A stretch of 63,132 nt of DNA, counting the filler, from Platydemus manokwari (taxonomy: Eukaryota): the NCBI GenBank assembly GCA_037951405.1. It is 6 parts of 6 records of this genome, joined end to end, with 100 filler letters (N's around TTAATTAATTAA, not from the genome) between each part and the next. Parts side by side here need not be neighbours in the genome. Positions count along the whole stretch, not along the records: positions 10,713 to 23,079 come from JBBMOY010170010.1; positions 23,180 to 32,033 come from JBBMOY011338982.1; 4 more parts are not named here. One strand, written 5' to 3'. This document shows, in pieces, positions 13,000 to 27,000 of this stretch (position 1 is its first letter; the number at the start of each line of letters is the position of its first letter). The notes under the pieces were generated by a model. The model was not told the DNA's origin. It searched no databases and saw only the letters and a program-made list of their open reading frames with translations. The translations under genes were made by a program, and so were the position numbers.

Positions 13000-13440
13000 C
13001 CGAAGGTTATGAACATTATTTATAATCCGAGTTCTAATCAGTACGACTCACAGAATAACATAGGTACAATCAAATTTGATTCACGACTAATACTCATACT
13101 ACTCAAAAACGTAACCAAAACCTGACTTCCAACTGGCAGTTGGCCATTTTGTGTTATGTTTGTATCATATTTTTATTTGATCTTTACTTTCCCATGTTCC
13201 TATTGGGTTTACTAGTTTTACTAGGTTTACTAGTGAGTGTTATTTGTCAATTCCTGTGTGTGCTGTTGTGGGGCTGTCTCTTGTTCCAATTTTCATTTAT
13301 CATCTATCTTCACTATGATTGGGTGATTACCATGCCTGTATGGTTGTGTAGGCATGCAAATCTATGAAGTGCTAAAACAAGGGTTCTAAAGTGCAAATCC
13401 ATTTTTCTTTTGCAAGATTTCATGTCGTTCAATGTTTCTA
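13000..13440 (-). mobile_element. Highly decayed Ty3/Gypsy integrase C-terminal remnant
   Basis: Broken frames give LALHRFA...HTGMVI and PVGSQVLV...FDCTYVI, resembling the integrase FAY..T.H..TG.TP and GPY/F modules. Many stops; boundaries approximate. Confidence 0.3.
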
Positions 13441-16187
13441 ATTTACAATTATATTATTAAAATATTTTTGTAAGATTGTAAATAATGAGTCAGGACTTTC
13501 TTAAGGTACAGGCAACTGCACATTTGATAATTTAATTTGTAATTACTTCTAATAATTATATTAATTTTATGAATAAAATTGTATATCATTGTCTGCAATA
13601 TTATTCGATTATAACGCAACTTTATCACTGAGAATGAGAACAAATATTTAGAATGTAGTAGAATGAGTCAACTAAATTATCGGTTTAATATCTTCGGTGT
13701 CAGATACTATAATATATATTTACAATGGTGCAGTAGTAGAAACGAAAAAAATAATTTAAATATAAATAAACAAATAGGGATAAATGAAAATATATAATTA
13801 TTAAATCAAATATGGTACAAATAATATTTGCCAATTATAATCGATAGGGACCTGGTTATATAAGAGTTTTTGACTTGAATGACAGAATAATGTCGCCAAT
13901 GCACTGTTTTCGTAGAATAGTAGAATTATCACTTAAGAATAGACTTCTTAAAATAGTTTGTGGGTGTTTATAACATTGCTTCTTAAAATTAATAAAAAGA
14001 TTGATTTCATGTTTATCCTAATAGTGAACTTTTTGTAAAATCGTATCGAGCATTGTCCGACTAATGTATTTCTATTATATTGTTTCTTTTCTTCTTTTTT
14101 GGGGAATTTATCTTTTTTATTATTTTTATATTTTATTTAATCTATTTTTAGGTTCCCACACATTTTGTTCTAATTTTAGTAAGCTATAATTATTTTATCT
14201 ATTTTTGGAATTATTAAATGTATTTCTATTTTTTTATTTTTAAGATGGTTTCGATATCTGGTTTTTTGAAAAAAATTATATATATTTTTATTAAAATTTA
14301 TTTTTTGGTATTTCGGAACCCAACATAAATAATATTTCACCACGAAACTCCTGTCAGAGATTAATGAGAATATGTTAATAATAATAATGTTTACCATATT
14401 TTAATAAAAAGTTGAATTTTGAATCGATTAGAATAAATTTCTTACTTGAGATTACGAAATAATAACGGAATAATTCTGTTTGCAAATGGTTAGTGGTACT
14501 TATTACGCTGCTTGCGAAAGCTTGTTGAATTGAAAATCTCGCATGAACTATCCTAAAATAAGTGTATAATCGGTGTGAGAAGTCTGTATGAGTTTTGTGC
14601 TTATGAGCATGTATAGGATTTGTTGCAAGAGATTATTGTGCATCACTAATTTGTGATACTGGTTTATATATGATTTGATTTTGTGGGCAGAATGATTCAT
14701 TTTTGCAATATTTTGTTATTTTGATTTACTACATTTCCATGGTGATATGAATTTTAATGCAAAATCCATGGTATTTTATGAAATCATCATAACGACGGGT
14801 TTTCCTCCGAAATAATCATTTCTGATTTTAAAATTATAGTTTAAATGTTTAGACCTCAACGTATAGATTATTTTGTAATTTTATATATTTTATAGGTTAT
14901 GTATTTACATATTTTATACTTATTATTTATATGTTTAAACCCTTTGTGAATATTACAATAAAGAAATACCCAAATCTAAGAGATCAATTATAAATCTTAT
15001 AAATAATATGCAAAATATGAGATTAACAGGTTTCAATTTTGGAAATGGAGAAGTTTCGCTTAGTGACTCCATGGAGTTTAAATCCACGTAGAGTGGTACA
15101 ACTAACAAGTGATAATAAATGTTGAGTTTTTAAATTAAAGTTTTAAATAATAAAAAAAGTATACTCTAAATAATTAAAAGTAATTAAATCTTTCTTGACT
15201 TTCACGAAACAAAAATTCGAATTATTTTAAAAATGATAATCGTTAAAACAACATTATGAAATTTGAATTCTAATTGTAATTTCGTTTCGGATATCCAAAG
15301 ATAAATCTTTTAATAATCTTTTTAAATTAAATAAAATTTATACAACTTCTGAAAACTTATATTTAATTTCAAATTCAATTCTTATTTTAATTTATTAGAT
15401 TTTAACTTATGAACGAATATCTTAATTGCTATTGAGTCATTTCTAAAATAACATAGTCCTCTTAAAAGTACATGATGCTTGTTAAAGTAGTTTCGATTTT
15501 TTATAGCACAATATGAAGGGTATTTAAAATAGTATAAATGTTCAGCCCACGAATCCTACAATTTTAAAGAAGCTTTAATCATTAAAATAATTCTATTTCG
15601 GATTAATTTGGTGAGATTTTATGATTTTGCCTTGACTTTGCTATATTCGAACTTATACCTAACATATATTGTAATAAGAAATTTTAAATTTGGTCTATAT
15701 TTTAGAACTTTGCTAGAATTCTTCTTTATGCAAAGAACGTTTTAACAATTAATCTACTCATAAACAAACTTTGTCAAATAAATTTAATTCGATATTCACT
15801 AATCCCAATATTGATAAAACGAAACCCTTCATGCAAATTTTGTTGTTAAAACCAAAGTTTTCTAGAATTCCTAAGCGTTACAGGACAACCTATTCTCACT
15901 TCAGTAATCAACCAAAATCGAATTAACCACTTACAGATCATCATCAAAAAACAAAAATCAATTATTGCTCACATTGATTTGTGAAAACCCGAATAATTAA
16001 AAAACCAAAATTCATTCAAAATCAAAACACTAATATATATAAATGACCACTGTCATAAAACTTTAATCAACTGATGCATATAATACACATATTGAAGATT
16101 GAACAAAGTTACAGCTTCAATTTATTTATTGAAAATATTGATGTCTGCAATCAGTCGAGCAACAAACATTGAACATAAAAGAGCGCA

Positions 16188-19100
16188 TCAATCAATCATA
16201 TCCTCTGTAATCTCGTGAGGATTTAAAATGCCAGGAACAGAAGCCTTTACACGCTGTTTCTCTTCTTGAGCCCTCTTGATTTCGCTGTCCTTCTCTTCCA
16301 AATACAAATCTGATAAATCATCACCAGCGAATTCCCGAATTTGGACGAGGAAATCTCTCATGTTTTCACGGAAAGCCGCCAAATCCTGATCGAACGAAAA
16401 CAATCCTTCAATGAAAACCTTAATCTGTGGATCTTGTAGTTGGGGAAATGCTTGTTTCAGAAGAGATGCTAAGGAATTTTGTACAAATAACACATTATCG
16501 TGCGGGCTCGTGAGAATTGGCCCATTCTGAATGCCTGACAAATCGATAGTGATCTTACCATCTTCTAGACACTTGAACATATAGCTCAGGATTGTACACT
16601 GAAGTGTGAGATCTATATCCATTCATATTAACCATTCATATATAATAATAAAAATCAATTACTTCCTGCGTGGGAAGAATCAGTAACAACAGAGAACATG
16701 TGATGCAAGACTTCCATGAAAAAATTTTTATAGAATATTTGTTTTGCATCTCTTTCCATGATGTTCTCCACATTTTGTAGAAGAATTTGTAGAATATTCA
16801 AACCAGTTTCACTGACCTACATCATTAAAAATAATGATAAATCCTCTAATAATATTAATTTGATCTCTCGTTTATAAATTTGCAAATATTTTTTTATCCT
16901 TTTTTTATTGGTCAGAAAATAGTCGAATGGAAATTTTTTATTATATTATCATTAAAATTAATTGGTGAAAAATATAAAATGTGTGATAAATATAATCTAT
17001 ATGCCCTCGCACTCGTGTTATTTAAAGAATTAGTTGATATATTTGTAAACACTATCATATAAATCACATACCTGTCTCATTGTGTGTTTCACTGCCCATA
17101 TAATTGAATCTAAAAGCAATTTGAATTTCTCAGCTGGCAACACAGCAAATGCAATGAAGCTCTTTTGATTTACAGCTTCAAGAAGCGTGAAAAAGTTGGT
17201 TCTATGTTCCGGATATTCTTCCATATCCTTGTTGATCATATCGAGTGTACATTCAAACACAGCATCCAGAATGGCTGGCAAATGATCATTAATATGTTGA
17301 TGCAATCTATTGATAATGGTTGCAATTGAGCTCAATACTTCTGGCTCTCTTGCAGGTGCTATATTGCGTTGATAATCATAAAGTACAGCATCAAGCATGG
17401 GTGGAATAAAATTTTCCGCCACCATAGCTGGATCCACAGATCTCTGAACCCAACTGGAAATTATTTTTAAAGCTTCTTTTTTCACTGCTCGCATGGCTCG
17501 AATGACTGGTTGTTTGGCGACTTGTTCACCATGATTAGTGACGGCGATATTGATATTTTCGGATATCACTTTGTAAACATTTAACATGTCCATATAAATA
17601 TGACTCAATTGTTGTACGTAAGCTGCTCCTAATGATTTACATGCACTGTAATTGGTTTTCAAAATATTCACAATTTGCTTGACAACATCCGGATTTTGTA
17701 AGATTTCTATCTTTTCATGGGCTTGGGTAATGATATCATCCCAAACTTGATTTGGAAGATAAAATAATTTAGTAATCAGTTCCGTTTGCGTCACCGTTTC
17801 CGTTTCTGCAGCCACAACCATTCCCATTGCTTCATAGAACGTATGGACTTGTTGTGGATGTAAATCACTGATTATGTTATTGATTCCTTCTAGAATTTCA
17901 TCGACAAATGTATACATTTCTCCGGATTGTAGCGTAACGAATTGTCGACGGCACTTGACTGCAATTTTGATAAATGTATCACAAGCCATATCTTGAACAC
18001 CATCATGTGTTTCATGCATAAATTCAAACAATTTTGTAATTACGGTTTTCAAAAATCTCCAATGTGCTTTCAAAAATCGTGGATATTGACCAACAACGTA
18101 CATAATATTACTGGCTACAATTGCCTTATTGTCTTTACCACGTTTTTGTTCACACAAGCTCAACAGATCACGAATAGCAACGACAAGAAATCGTCTCTCA
18201 TCATCTTCATGCATCGAACCAGAAATACTACCAATGGCCCAACACAATGTATTCAAATTTTTCCATGACCATTCAGAACCATCCATTTGTCTGCCTAATT
18301 TTTCGGTCATGATTGTATCTGTATCCTGAATACAATGAATCCAAATAAACAATTCAATCAACAGATCAAATACAATGAAAAGAAAGTATAATATTGACGA
18401 ATCATATTGCAATATATTGTAATCAATGAAAAATGATTGGATGGGTATTGAGAGATATTATTCTGTTGATAATGATATGAAAAATGGACAAATAAGGAAA
18501 CCGAATCGATAATTTTTCTTAATGTTTTAATTTCGATTTAATATTTATATATTAATTGATAAATATAGATGAGAACTGCTTAGATTACTCAGCCAGCAGA
18601 ATCAACAATTTAGATCAAATGAAATCCTAATCGCTACAAATATGATTATAATCAAGAAAATGTTATATATATATATAGATCCATATCGCCAGAAATATTT
18701 CAATAAAATATTTGTGATATATTTGTCACGAATATGACCAATGTCATTTCACACATACAGTTTCGTACATCAATTTATAATGATAGAGAATTAGTATCAA
18801 GTTGATCCATTCTTTATAAATCATGGTCTACATTCATCAGTCAAATGCATGATTGTATAAATCGCGTGATTTTATGTTTTACAATTCATATTTCGGGATA
18901 CCGTTGATTATAATCAGTACACAAATAAAATCATATCAATTCTATGACAACTATATTAGGATAAATAAAAATAAGAAGCCTTTCTCCCCCCAAGATTCCA
19001 GTATTTTTAATAAAATCTTTAATAATAAAAATCTCGTGGATAAATTGATAGCCAGGTATTCAGAAATCAATAAAATCTCCAAGAGCCTGATGGAATTCAA

Positions 19101-21101
19101 TTTTGACAGATAATTAATGCTTCTAATTTTATTAATTTTGGAAAAATCAAATCAATATATTAAAATAGAAAACAATTTAAAGTTAAATTTGGGGGGGGGG
19201 AAATATTCATAAAATATAAATAATCAACTCACATGATAATCCAAATGAGTTAAATAAACAAGACATTCTCTCATATTCTTGTATAAATTGATGCTATCAG
19301 TATCTTTCATGAATTCCCGGACAACTTCACCCTGTTCGTTCTCAACAACGAGAACTTCTTCTGGTCGAGCCATACGAGAAATCATTATTTTTCTCAACTA
19401 AACATCAATGACAGTAAATATCCCATGAAAGATGCCATGCAATCACGTTCTTACCCTACTCAAAATCGATGCATAAAAAGCATTTCTCTGTGATATATCT
19501 ATGTTATGAGCAAGCATATTGTAACTCAACTCCTGATTTTGTCTGTATAAATCTGCAACAATATGATTCCACAATTCAAGGCAAATTTTAAATATTTCCG
19601 TCTCTTCCACTTCTGATATATTTAACATGTATTCAAAAGCATCATTCAGGTGAGACTGTAACTCTTCCTTGGACTCGATGAGTTGTAAATGATTCATGAA
19701 TAAACTCGAATAGAACAACGACATATTCTGAATGAATTTCTGTTCATCATCTTGTCCATACATATATGCTTCTTTGATATTCGTTTGAGGTGCAAGCATC
19801 TGTGAAGAATAAAGATCATATGCGATTATACGACACAAAATTCAATATCGTCTCACTTCTTTCAAGACGTTCGTTGTGTTTTGAAAAATATCAATAAACA
19901 CGTGTGCATATTCGCTACCAGATACGTTTGCTAAATGATATTATAAATGATAATAACAAATCAATTCACAACATTAACTACAATATATACAAAACCACTA
20001 AACAATTATCGACAAAAATATCATTAATTATTTTTATTTTATTAATTAAATTTAATAAAAACCAATTGGAATTAATTTATTATAATTATTTGTTAATGAT
20101 TCGGTTTTAATTTCAATATAATCACTATTATAAACTATTATTCAAACAATTAATACCCATTTCAGTTAAACATTGCAAAGTAACATTTCTAAACATAGGA
20201 ACGTTGAGAAATTTCGTTATCAATGTCTGATTAAGATTAGTTTCAAAAATGTAGCCTAATGGAATCCAATGCATAAATTTCAGTAAAGTTTCCAAAGTTG
20301 ATACGACGAGCATGGCATTTTGTGAATGAAACAAAACATATTGGCACAGTTGGAAAATGTGCGAAAATTCACTACACATCGAATCTTTTAAATGCTTGAT
20401 TTTGGTTTGTGTCATTTGACCGAGTGAAAAATCGAAAACTTCTTCACTTAGTAACTTCATGATAACCATATTGTTCTGACACAATGCTTCGTTACTACGA
20501 CTACTTCCAACAATGTCTTGAATGAAAGTAGGCCAGTTTTTTGGCCATTCGTGCTTTAAAATCTGTAAAAAAAATCAGATCAGATTTCAAAGCAATAATA
20601 ATTTTATAGATATTAAATTACGAAATTCTCTAAATAATAAAATAAATAGAAATACCTGAACTAAGATCATATTTAATTTTCCTAAGTATACTTTTTCACT
20701 ATCTAGCATCTGCATATTACTAGATGTTTTAATAATCAAACCCACAATGTATTTTTTAATCCCTAATAATTTTTAATATCCGTAATTGAATTACAATCTT
20801 TATTACCTTCACACTGTACTCTAGGTAAAACTTTCCACTTGCATTTAATTACATTCTCCAAGATTTGTAGAGCATAATATTTTGTCTGTTGATTATTACT
20901 ACACTCAAGAATTGAATCAACTCTTATCCACGCATCAGGATGTTCCTTCAAAGTAGTTAATATCTTCTCGGCCATTTTTTGTTCCGTTCCAGTCCCAGAA
21001 TACATACAATCGACAACAGCATCAAGCAAACTAATATCAAGTTTCTGACTAAAATCCAATAACTGTGTAGCTGTATTTTCATTAATTGCCATAGGTGACA
21101 T
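16188..21101 (-). CDS. XPO1: Exportin-1 (CRM1); coding exons 21101-20807, 20762-20656, 20562-20157, 19930-19857, 19799-19455, 19397-19233, 18325-17072, 16816-16663, 16612-16188
   Basis: All introns are GT-AG and the joined CDS is 3225 nt (1074 aa). Hallmark motifs: [98 protein letters not shown]. Alternative ATG at 21092; probable 5'UTR exons upstream (acceptor ~21121, donors ~21186 and ~21480). Confidence 0.97.
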
Positions 21102-23079
21102 TTGATTCAAATCCAATAATCTAGAAAAAAAATATTTTTAATAAGTAGAAATAATTAACGAAAAATTAAAAATAATTAAATCTTACTTTAAAAAGTCTTA
21201 ACTTATCAAAAAATATGACTTCTAGATAGCTTAAAAATAATGATAATTTAAACAACCCTAATTAATTAAAATCATATTTATAATTTTTCACTGTAAATTT
21301 CCTTTAAGATCCTTGCTGTGAAATCTATTTTTTATTTACAATAAAAAGTGAGAATGTTTCTAAGATTATTTTTGAATTGAAATTTTTTTCAAAAAAATTA
21401 GTAAAATACTTTAACAATTTCCTGTTTTAAATAATAATTAATATTTTAAAATTAAAGTTTTTTTTAAAATCAATTCTCACCTAGAAACGGTATCACTTTA
21501 TCCACTTTTAGCAATCGGTGACAGATTAGAGCAATCTTAGAATATAAATTGAAATCAACATGCAAAGATGCAATTTTAAAAAGGGTAAATTTTAAAATAC
21601 ATACAATTTAAACTTAAAACTTATTAATTGCACAATTTTATTAATATTCATTTTGACATTATTCAGATCATCTATTTTTGACCTCAGGAAAATAGTGGAT
21701 GAGTCTTCTTTTAAAAAACCCCAGATCACTTGTTGTGAGACCAAAATTTTTATTTTATTGTTATAAACATAACCAAGTTTTCATTATTTTTTTATTCAAA
21801 AAATAATTCAGTTAGTCATTTTATTACAAAATATTTGTTCGTATTTTCAAAGTACAGTGTACCCTTAAAGAATCCGAATTTTTAATTTATGTTCTGAGTA
21901 ATATTTTAAATAATTATTTAAAAAATGTTAAAAATATTCTCAATTTCATTTAAAATTTAATAGACTGTGAAAGTTCTTTTTATTGGAAAAACCAAGTTAA
22001 CAATATTAACAATCAGAATGTTCTAGAATGGTTAAAATTTAGAAGATCCATTACATTAATAACTTTTAAATGCGATTGTAATGTGAACAATGTTTCTGTA
22101 TCAAAGATTATAAATTTCAAAAGGAAGTTTAAAAATAAATTACTTAGATTTTAATTCATAATAGCTTGACTTTATCAAAACAGAAGGAAATGCAACCACG
22201 TGATAGCGCATTTTAAAGCTAACAAAATTAAAGAACTGTGTATTGTAATTAAATTCTAAAGCATATACTTAACATTTCGGTCCATTAGTTCGTGGTGGTT
22301 AAATTCATAATCCTGTTTTTTATTGATGAGATTTTGAATTTGGTGTTTGATGAAAATTGAGAAATGCTTAATTGAGATATATCACAGGTTGATAGTGTGT
22401 GAATAAATCTCCCCAATTCCTGATTTGTAAGAGAACTATGAGCGAGTGTAATATGGGTCTGTTTTTAATTAATTATACTAACAATTATACGCAAAACTGA
22501 GCAAGATCTAAATAACAAATTTTATTCGAATGCTACAATAAATAAATCTTTTTAATTATGATAAATATTAACAATATCAAATGAGCTTTGATATTGGGAA
22601 AGAGAGTTTGCTTCGAAAAGAAATCGATATTCTTAAAATTCCACCATTATTACTCCAGTATTTATAATAACTGTAATTCGTTTGTACTGCTTCATAATAA
22701 ATTTTAGAATAAATGTAATAAAATTATTAATTAAATTAAAATTATTTATTGGAAATGCGATGATGTTTTTATATTTGATTCTTTTGTTGGATTTTCCTCT
22801 CGTTTGTCACTTTGAAATGTGAAGTTTCGATTGTCAATCTATATTTTGATTGGATGACAATCGTTTATAATGCACTTTTATCTTTTTTACTATTAGGTTA
22901 CCTTGTCAAATGGCTCTTTGTTATGGAGACATGATTGTTCATGTTTCTTGCTAGAAAATTTTATTATGGTTTGGTAATATACAGGAACTTACCATCTTAA
23001 TTCTTAACCTGTGTTCTTGAAAACTATTAACATAATATAAAGTGATTAATAACTTTCATTATATAATCCTTAAGTAATG

Positions 23080-23179
23080 NNNNNNNNNNNNNNNNNNNNN
23101 NNNNNNNNNNNNNNNNNNNNNNNTTAATTAATTAANNNNNNNNNNNNNNNNNNNNNNNNNNNNNNNNNNNNNNNNNNNN
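23080..23179. other. Artificial contig linker
   Basis: N44-TTAATTAATTAA-N44. Confidence 0.98.
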
Positions 23180-23372
23180 AAATTTTTTAATTATAATTAT
23201 AAATATAGTATAATATCATTTATTTTTAAGCTTTATATTTAACTATTAACATTTTGTTGATTTATTATATACTATTTATAATTTTTTATACATTAATGTT
23301 ATATAAAAATGAAAATATTAAAAAAATTTGTTTGTAAATAATAGTTTATTAATTTTAAATTACTGCTAATAT

Positions 23373-24047
23373 ATGAACCTAAATTTTCTAATATCCGCCT
23401 TATTGGGTGTCCTATTGCTAGATATGTTCGAAGCCTGTGTTCGAGGTGATGGGCTTAAACGATCTATCGGGGGTTCATTTCGGTTACATGCAACTTTCCC
23501 CGTTGAAGAATTTGAACAGTATCCTTTTGAGATTGATTTCCAAAATGTCACCGCTATAAACAAAAAAGACGTTGTTGTAATATTTTTAGTATTTACTGAT
23601 AAATTACAAAGTTCCGTAAGCATTGTTAAAGAAGAATTAAGGGCGGATATTTTAGACGAAAAGAAACTGATCAAAGTCATTACATATGAAAGATCTGAAA
23701 CAAATATCACGGGTTTGATGAGGTTTTCTCGGTTTGCTAACAATATGAATTTCCAAGTGATTATCTTTGAACGAGATGAAGAATTAGGAGACTATGTGCA
23801 TAACAAGTGGTTGCACGAGAAGTTGATCACATACCACCATTTAATAATATATCAAACCATTTTGAGAGTGAATGAACCGACATTGTTCGGTTATATCAAA
23901 AACATATTACATAAAAATATAGGGTATCTAGTATTGTTATGCGTTGTAGCCCTAGTGATAGCCGCCTTAACTATTTTTTCAATTACCAGATTTATCATTA
24001 GAAATTCCAAAGGGAAACATGAGGAAGTTATTAGAGAATCAGTGTAA
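23373..24047 (+). CDS. Uncharacterised single-pass type I membrane protein, possible degenerate fibronectin type III-like ectodomain
   Basis: 224-aa intronless ORF in very AT-rich DNA with a signal peptide, N-glycosylation sequons NVT and NIT, TM helix IGYLVLLCVVALVIAALTIFSI and a short cytoplasmic tail ending ESV. Confidence 0.72.
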   Translation: MNLNFLISALLGVLLLDMFEACVRGDGLKRSIGGSFRLHATFPVEEFEQYPFEIDFQNVTAINKKDVVVIFLVFTDKLQSSVSIVKEELRADILDEKKLIKVITYERSETNITGLMRFSRFANNMNFQVIIFERDEELGDYVHNKWLHEKLITYHHLIIYQTILRVNEPTLFGYIKNILHKNIGYLVLLCVVALVIAALTIFSITRFIIRNSKGKHEEVIRESV

Positions 24048-27000
24048 ATTTATCAACTTAATTCCACATATTTATCAGTTTTGTGATTTGCAGTATAAAT
24101 AGAATTTTCTATTCTCTCATTTTTTGTGTTTGTTGCATATTTGTTAGAGATAAAATAAATTTAATATTTACAAATCATCCCATGCTATGGAATCCATCAA
24201 AAAGTTTTATTTTAATTAATTGAGAAATAAAAAAAATGAATAAAAATAGTTTCCCTTCATGAAATAAATCGATAAATGAGTAAAACTGTTTCCGAAATGT
24301 AAATCGTAATAAATTAAGAATAAATTATTAAATAAGCAGGCTATAGCTCTCGTTGTTAAATTTTTAATATGAATATTTACAAATCTCATTGTTTCGGCAA
24401 GACGCTAGGAAAAGGAGAATAAACCAATAAAAATTAACAAAAAACAAAATTAATTTTAAAATACATTAGAAGATGTTTTTGTAACCATCTGTAGAATCAT
24501 AAGCACATTAGATATATTATTTTTTGATTATTTTATGCAAACCGCCAGTGATATATTGGTGGAATCATAAGCTATAAGGTCATCTATATCTTTGCCTTTA
24601 AAATCAAAACACGTCCATTTCTTGTTTGTTTGGGGTCGGTACTTATCATTTGAAACCACTTATCGGTTTAGATAATTAATATATTATGTCAAATCTGTTA
24701 GAAGATTCTTTGATCACGATTTATAATAGATGTTCTGTATGATGTTTAAATTTCGTTTTAAAAGTAATAATAAAAAAAAAGTTAAAATATTTCAGATAAT
24801 TAGCCAACTTGAATTATTTTACAAAACATATTCAATTATTACCGCGAGATACACAGTAAATATTTTCACAGAGGTTGATAATTTAACCCAAACGATTGAT
24901 CTTTTAGAAAAGCAATTGAGTGATTATCTTTTGAAGATGAAGAGATGATGGAAGCGCGATATTTTATCTTTTGTTATATTTTGTAAGATATGGCATTAAG
25001 ATATAGCTGACCAATTATTGTTAGTCTATAATATGAATATATTGTGCATGTCGCCTTTTTTTGAATAATGTCGTTAGTTGATTTAATGAGATTCTTGCAT
25101 AATGAGATTCACTATTAGATTTTATAGTTGCAGACTTTCTATATTGTTTCATAATCATAGTGATTTTTTGTTTATTTTTTTCCATTTACTTTTCGTATAA
25201 CAATTGTTCTTTTATCAGCACTTTAACAAGTGTTAAGCTTATTCATTATATTTCTCATATTATAACTAATTTAATTCGATTTATCCTTTCCGCTCAATTA
25301 AAATGGTCTCGGAATTTTCGGCGACCACAATTTTATTGTTAATTTCAAGTTTCTGTTTCCAATATTATCAAACAAGTCTTCTCATTGTATTTTGTCAACA
25401 GCAGAAATCTAAATATACTACTTCACTCTTATTTACTTCCTCATTGTCTATGACAAGAAATCTATCTGGATGTTCATCCTTGCTTTTTCTGATCAAATAG
25501 AATTCTCTGAACTAATCTCCTTCTTTACTTCTTACTAAGTATTTATCTTAAAGAGAGAAATGAAGCTATTCTGATTGTAGCTAAAGTATGATTCGGGGTT
25601 CAAAAGTTGTAGCTTTGGTTTTACACTATAAGGATTGTAAAACCTGGAAGCCATTATCTTCATGTATTATTGTTGTATGCCGTTTGGTTCTTATTTGGAT
25701 AAAGATTTTAATATATACATCGTGACATATTTTACTTTCCCCGAAGAGTTTTTTGATGGCATCCGTCTGGTTGAGATCTCTTTCTGCTCAATGACATTTA
25801 CATGTTTAACAGAAGTAATTCTTTCCAAATTAATGACTACATCTCGTCTTCTTCGATTTTTGATTGTCAGATCCAATATGAAATTTCATGGAGATCTTTT
25901 TCTTAGCAGTTCTTGCAGAAAATAGTCCTGTAACTTCCTCTATTAATATCTTTTGTCAAATATATTAGTGGTCAGTTCGAATACAGGCAGCTTATATCAT
26001 ATATTGACTCATTACCTACTTACTAACAATTCAGTAATGTTATCACATATCTTTTAGGCATTTGGAAAAGTTTGACTAAGCCATAGGTTATTTGCAAAAA
26101 CTTCCTTCGTGCTACTAAAATACTCCAGAGTGCTTTAGCATTTCCTTGTAATAACCTATCTGCTCACTCGTAATTTTACGTTTGTTTCCTGAGGCGAGAA
26201 ATCGAAAAATGTTGTTCTTGGAACCCAAATTTTTAATGTTTTCTGCAACCGATTAAAAATAATTTTTGGTTTTCTTACCGTTTTGCTAGTGTTAGTGAAT
26301 TAATTTAGCTGTGGTCACCAGTGGAAACACAACATCAAGTCATAATTCTTATTCAATTGAAGCCCGAGTTATATATTTATTTATTCGGTATTGATTTGCT
26401 TTAACACTGAACTCAAGTTCATCGTTATTTATATTTGTTATATTGATGATTTAATAAAATCCAATCAACAATATCATCGGAATCAAATTATTGATAAGAT
26501 ATAACCTTAATCTGGTAATCCATCAATATCAAATAAAACTCCATAATATTTTCATTTTTTAAAAAAGATTCTATTTTTATTCAAAGTCTTAAATATTTTT
26601 CTATCTTTATCCCGCAAAAAAATCTTAAGTTGGGCTCATAAGTTGCTGCATGATTAAAAAGAATCTTGTTGACGAGAAATAACGGCTTAGCCGAAAAAAA
26701 ATTATTCGAATGAATAAACATCAAAGTAATTAGAACAGTGAATGGTGTTAAACTTCAAAATCCGTGATGGCTTTGGGCAATAAAAATATTTGTAAATAAC
26801 ATTCAATATTTAGAATTATAACTGTAAATCAAAATTAACTCTGGTATCATTTTGACAAGCAAGATTTATTTGATTAATAAAAAATTTACAAAGATATAGA
26901 TTTATTTAATTTAATAGTTTTTTCTTGTCAATGTTTATCAGTGGTGATCTTATTAATAAAATTCGAAGTGTATCAGTTATGGGAATAATTAATAAATCAT

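Noticed and set aside
17942-18329. Plus-strand ORFs opposite XPO1, plus similar shadow ORFs within ZPR1 and the ABCA gene
   Set aside because: Antisense or off-frame shadows of real coding sequence with no motifs.
18720-18870. CTGATGA in XPO1 intron (also ~27710 and ~39734) as further hammerheads or C/D snoRNA
   Set aside because: No stem II/GAAA/stem III arrangement and no properly placed D box.
24950-26250. Patch resembling decayed transposon coding sequence (similar patches at 4560-5100, 7000-7400, 14460-14800, 28300-28930)
   Set aside because: Only vague motif echoes; no family can be assigned without a homology search.
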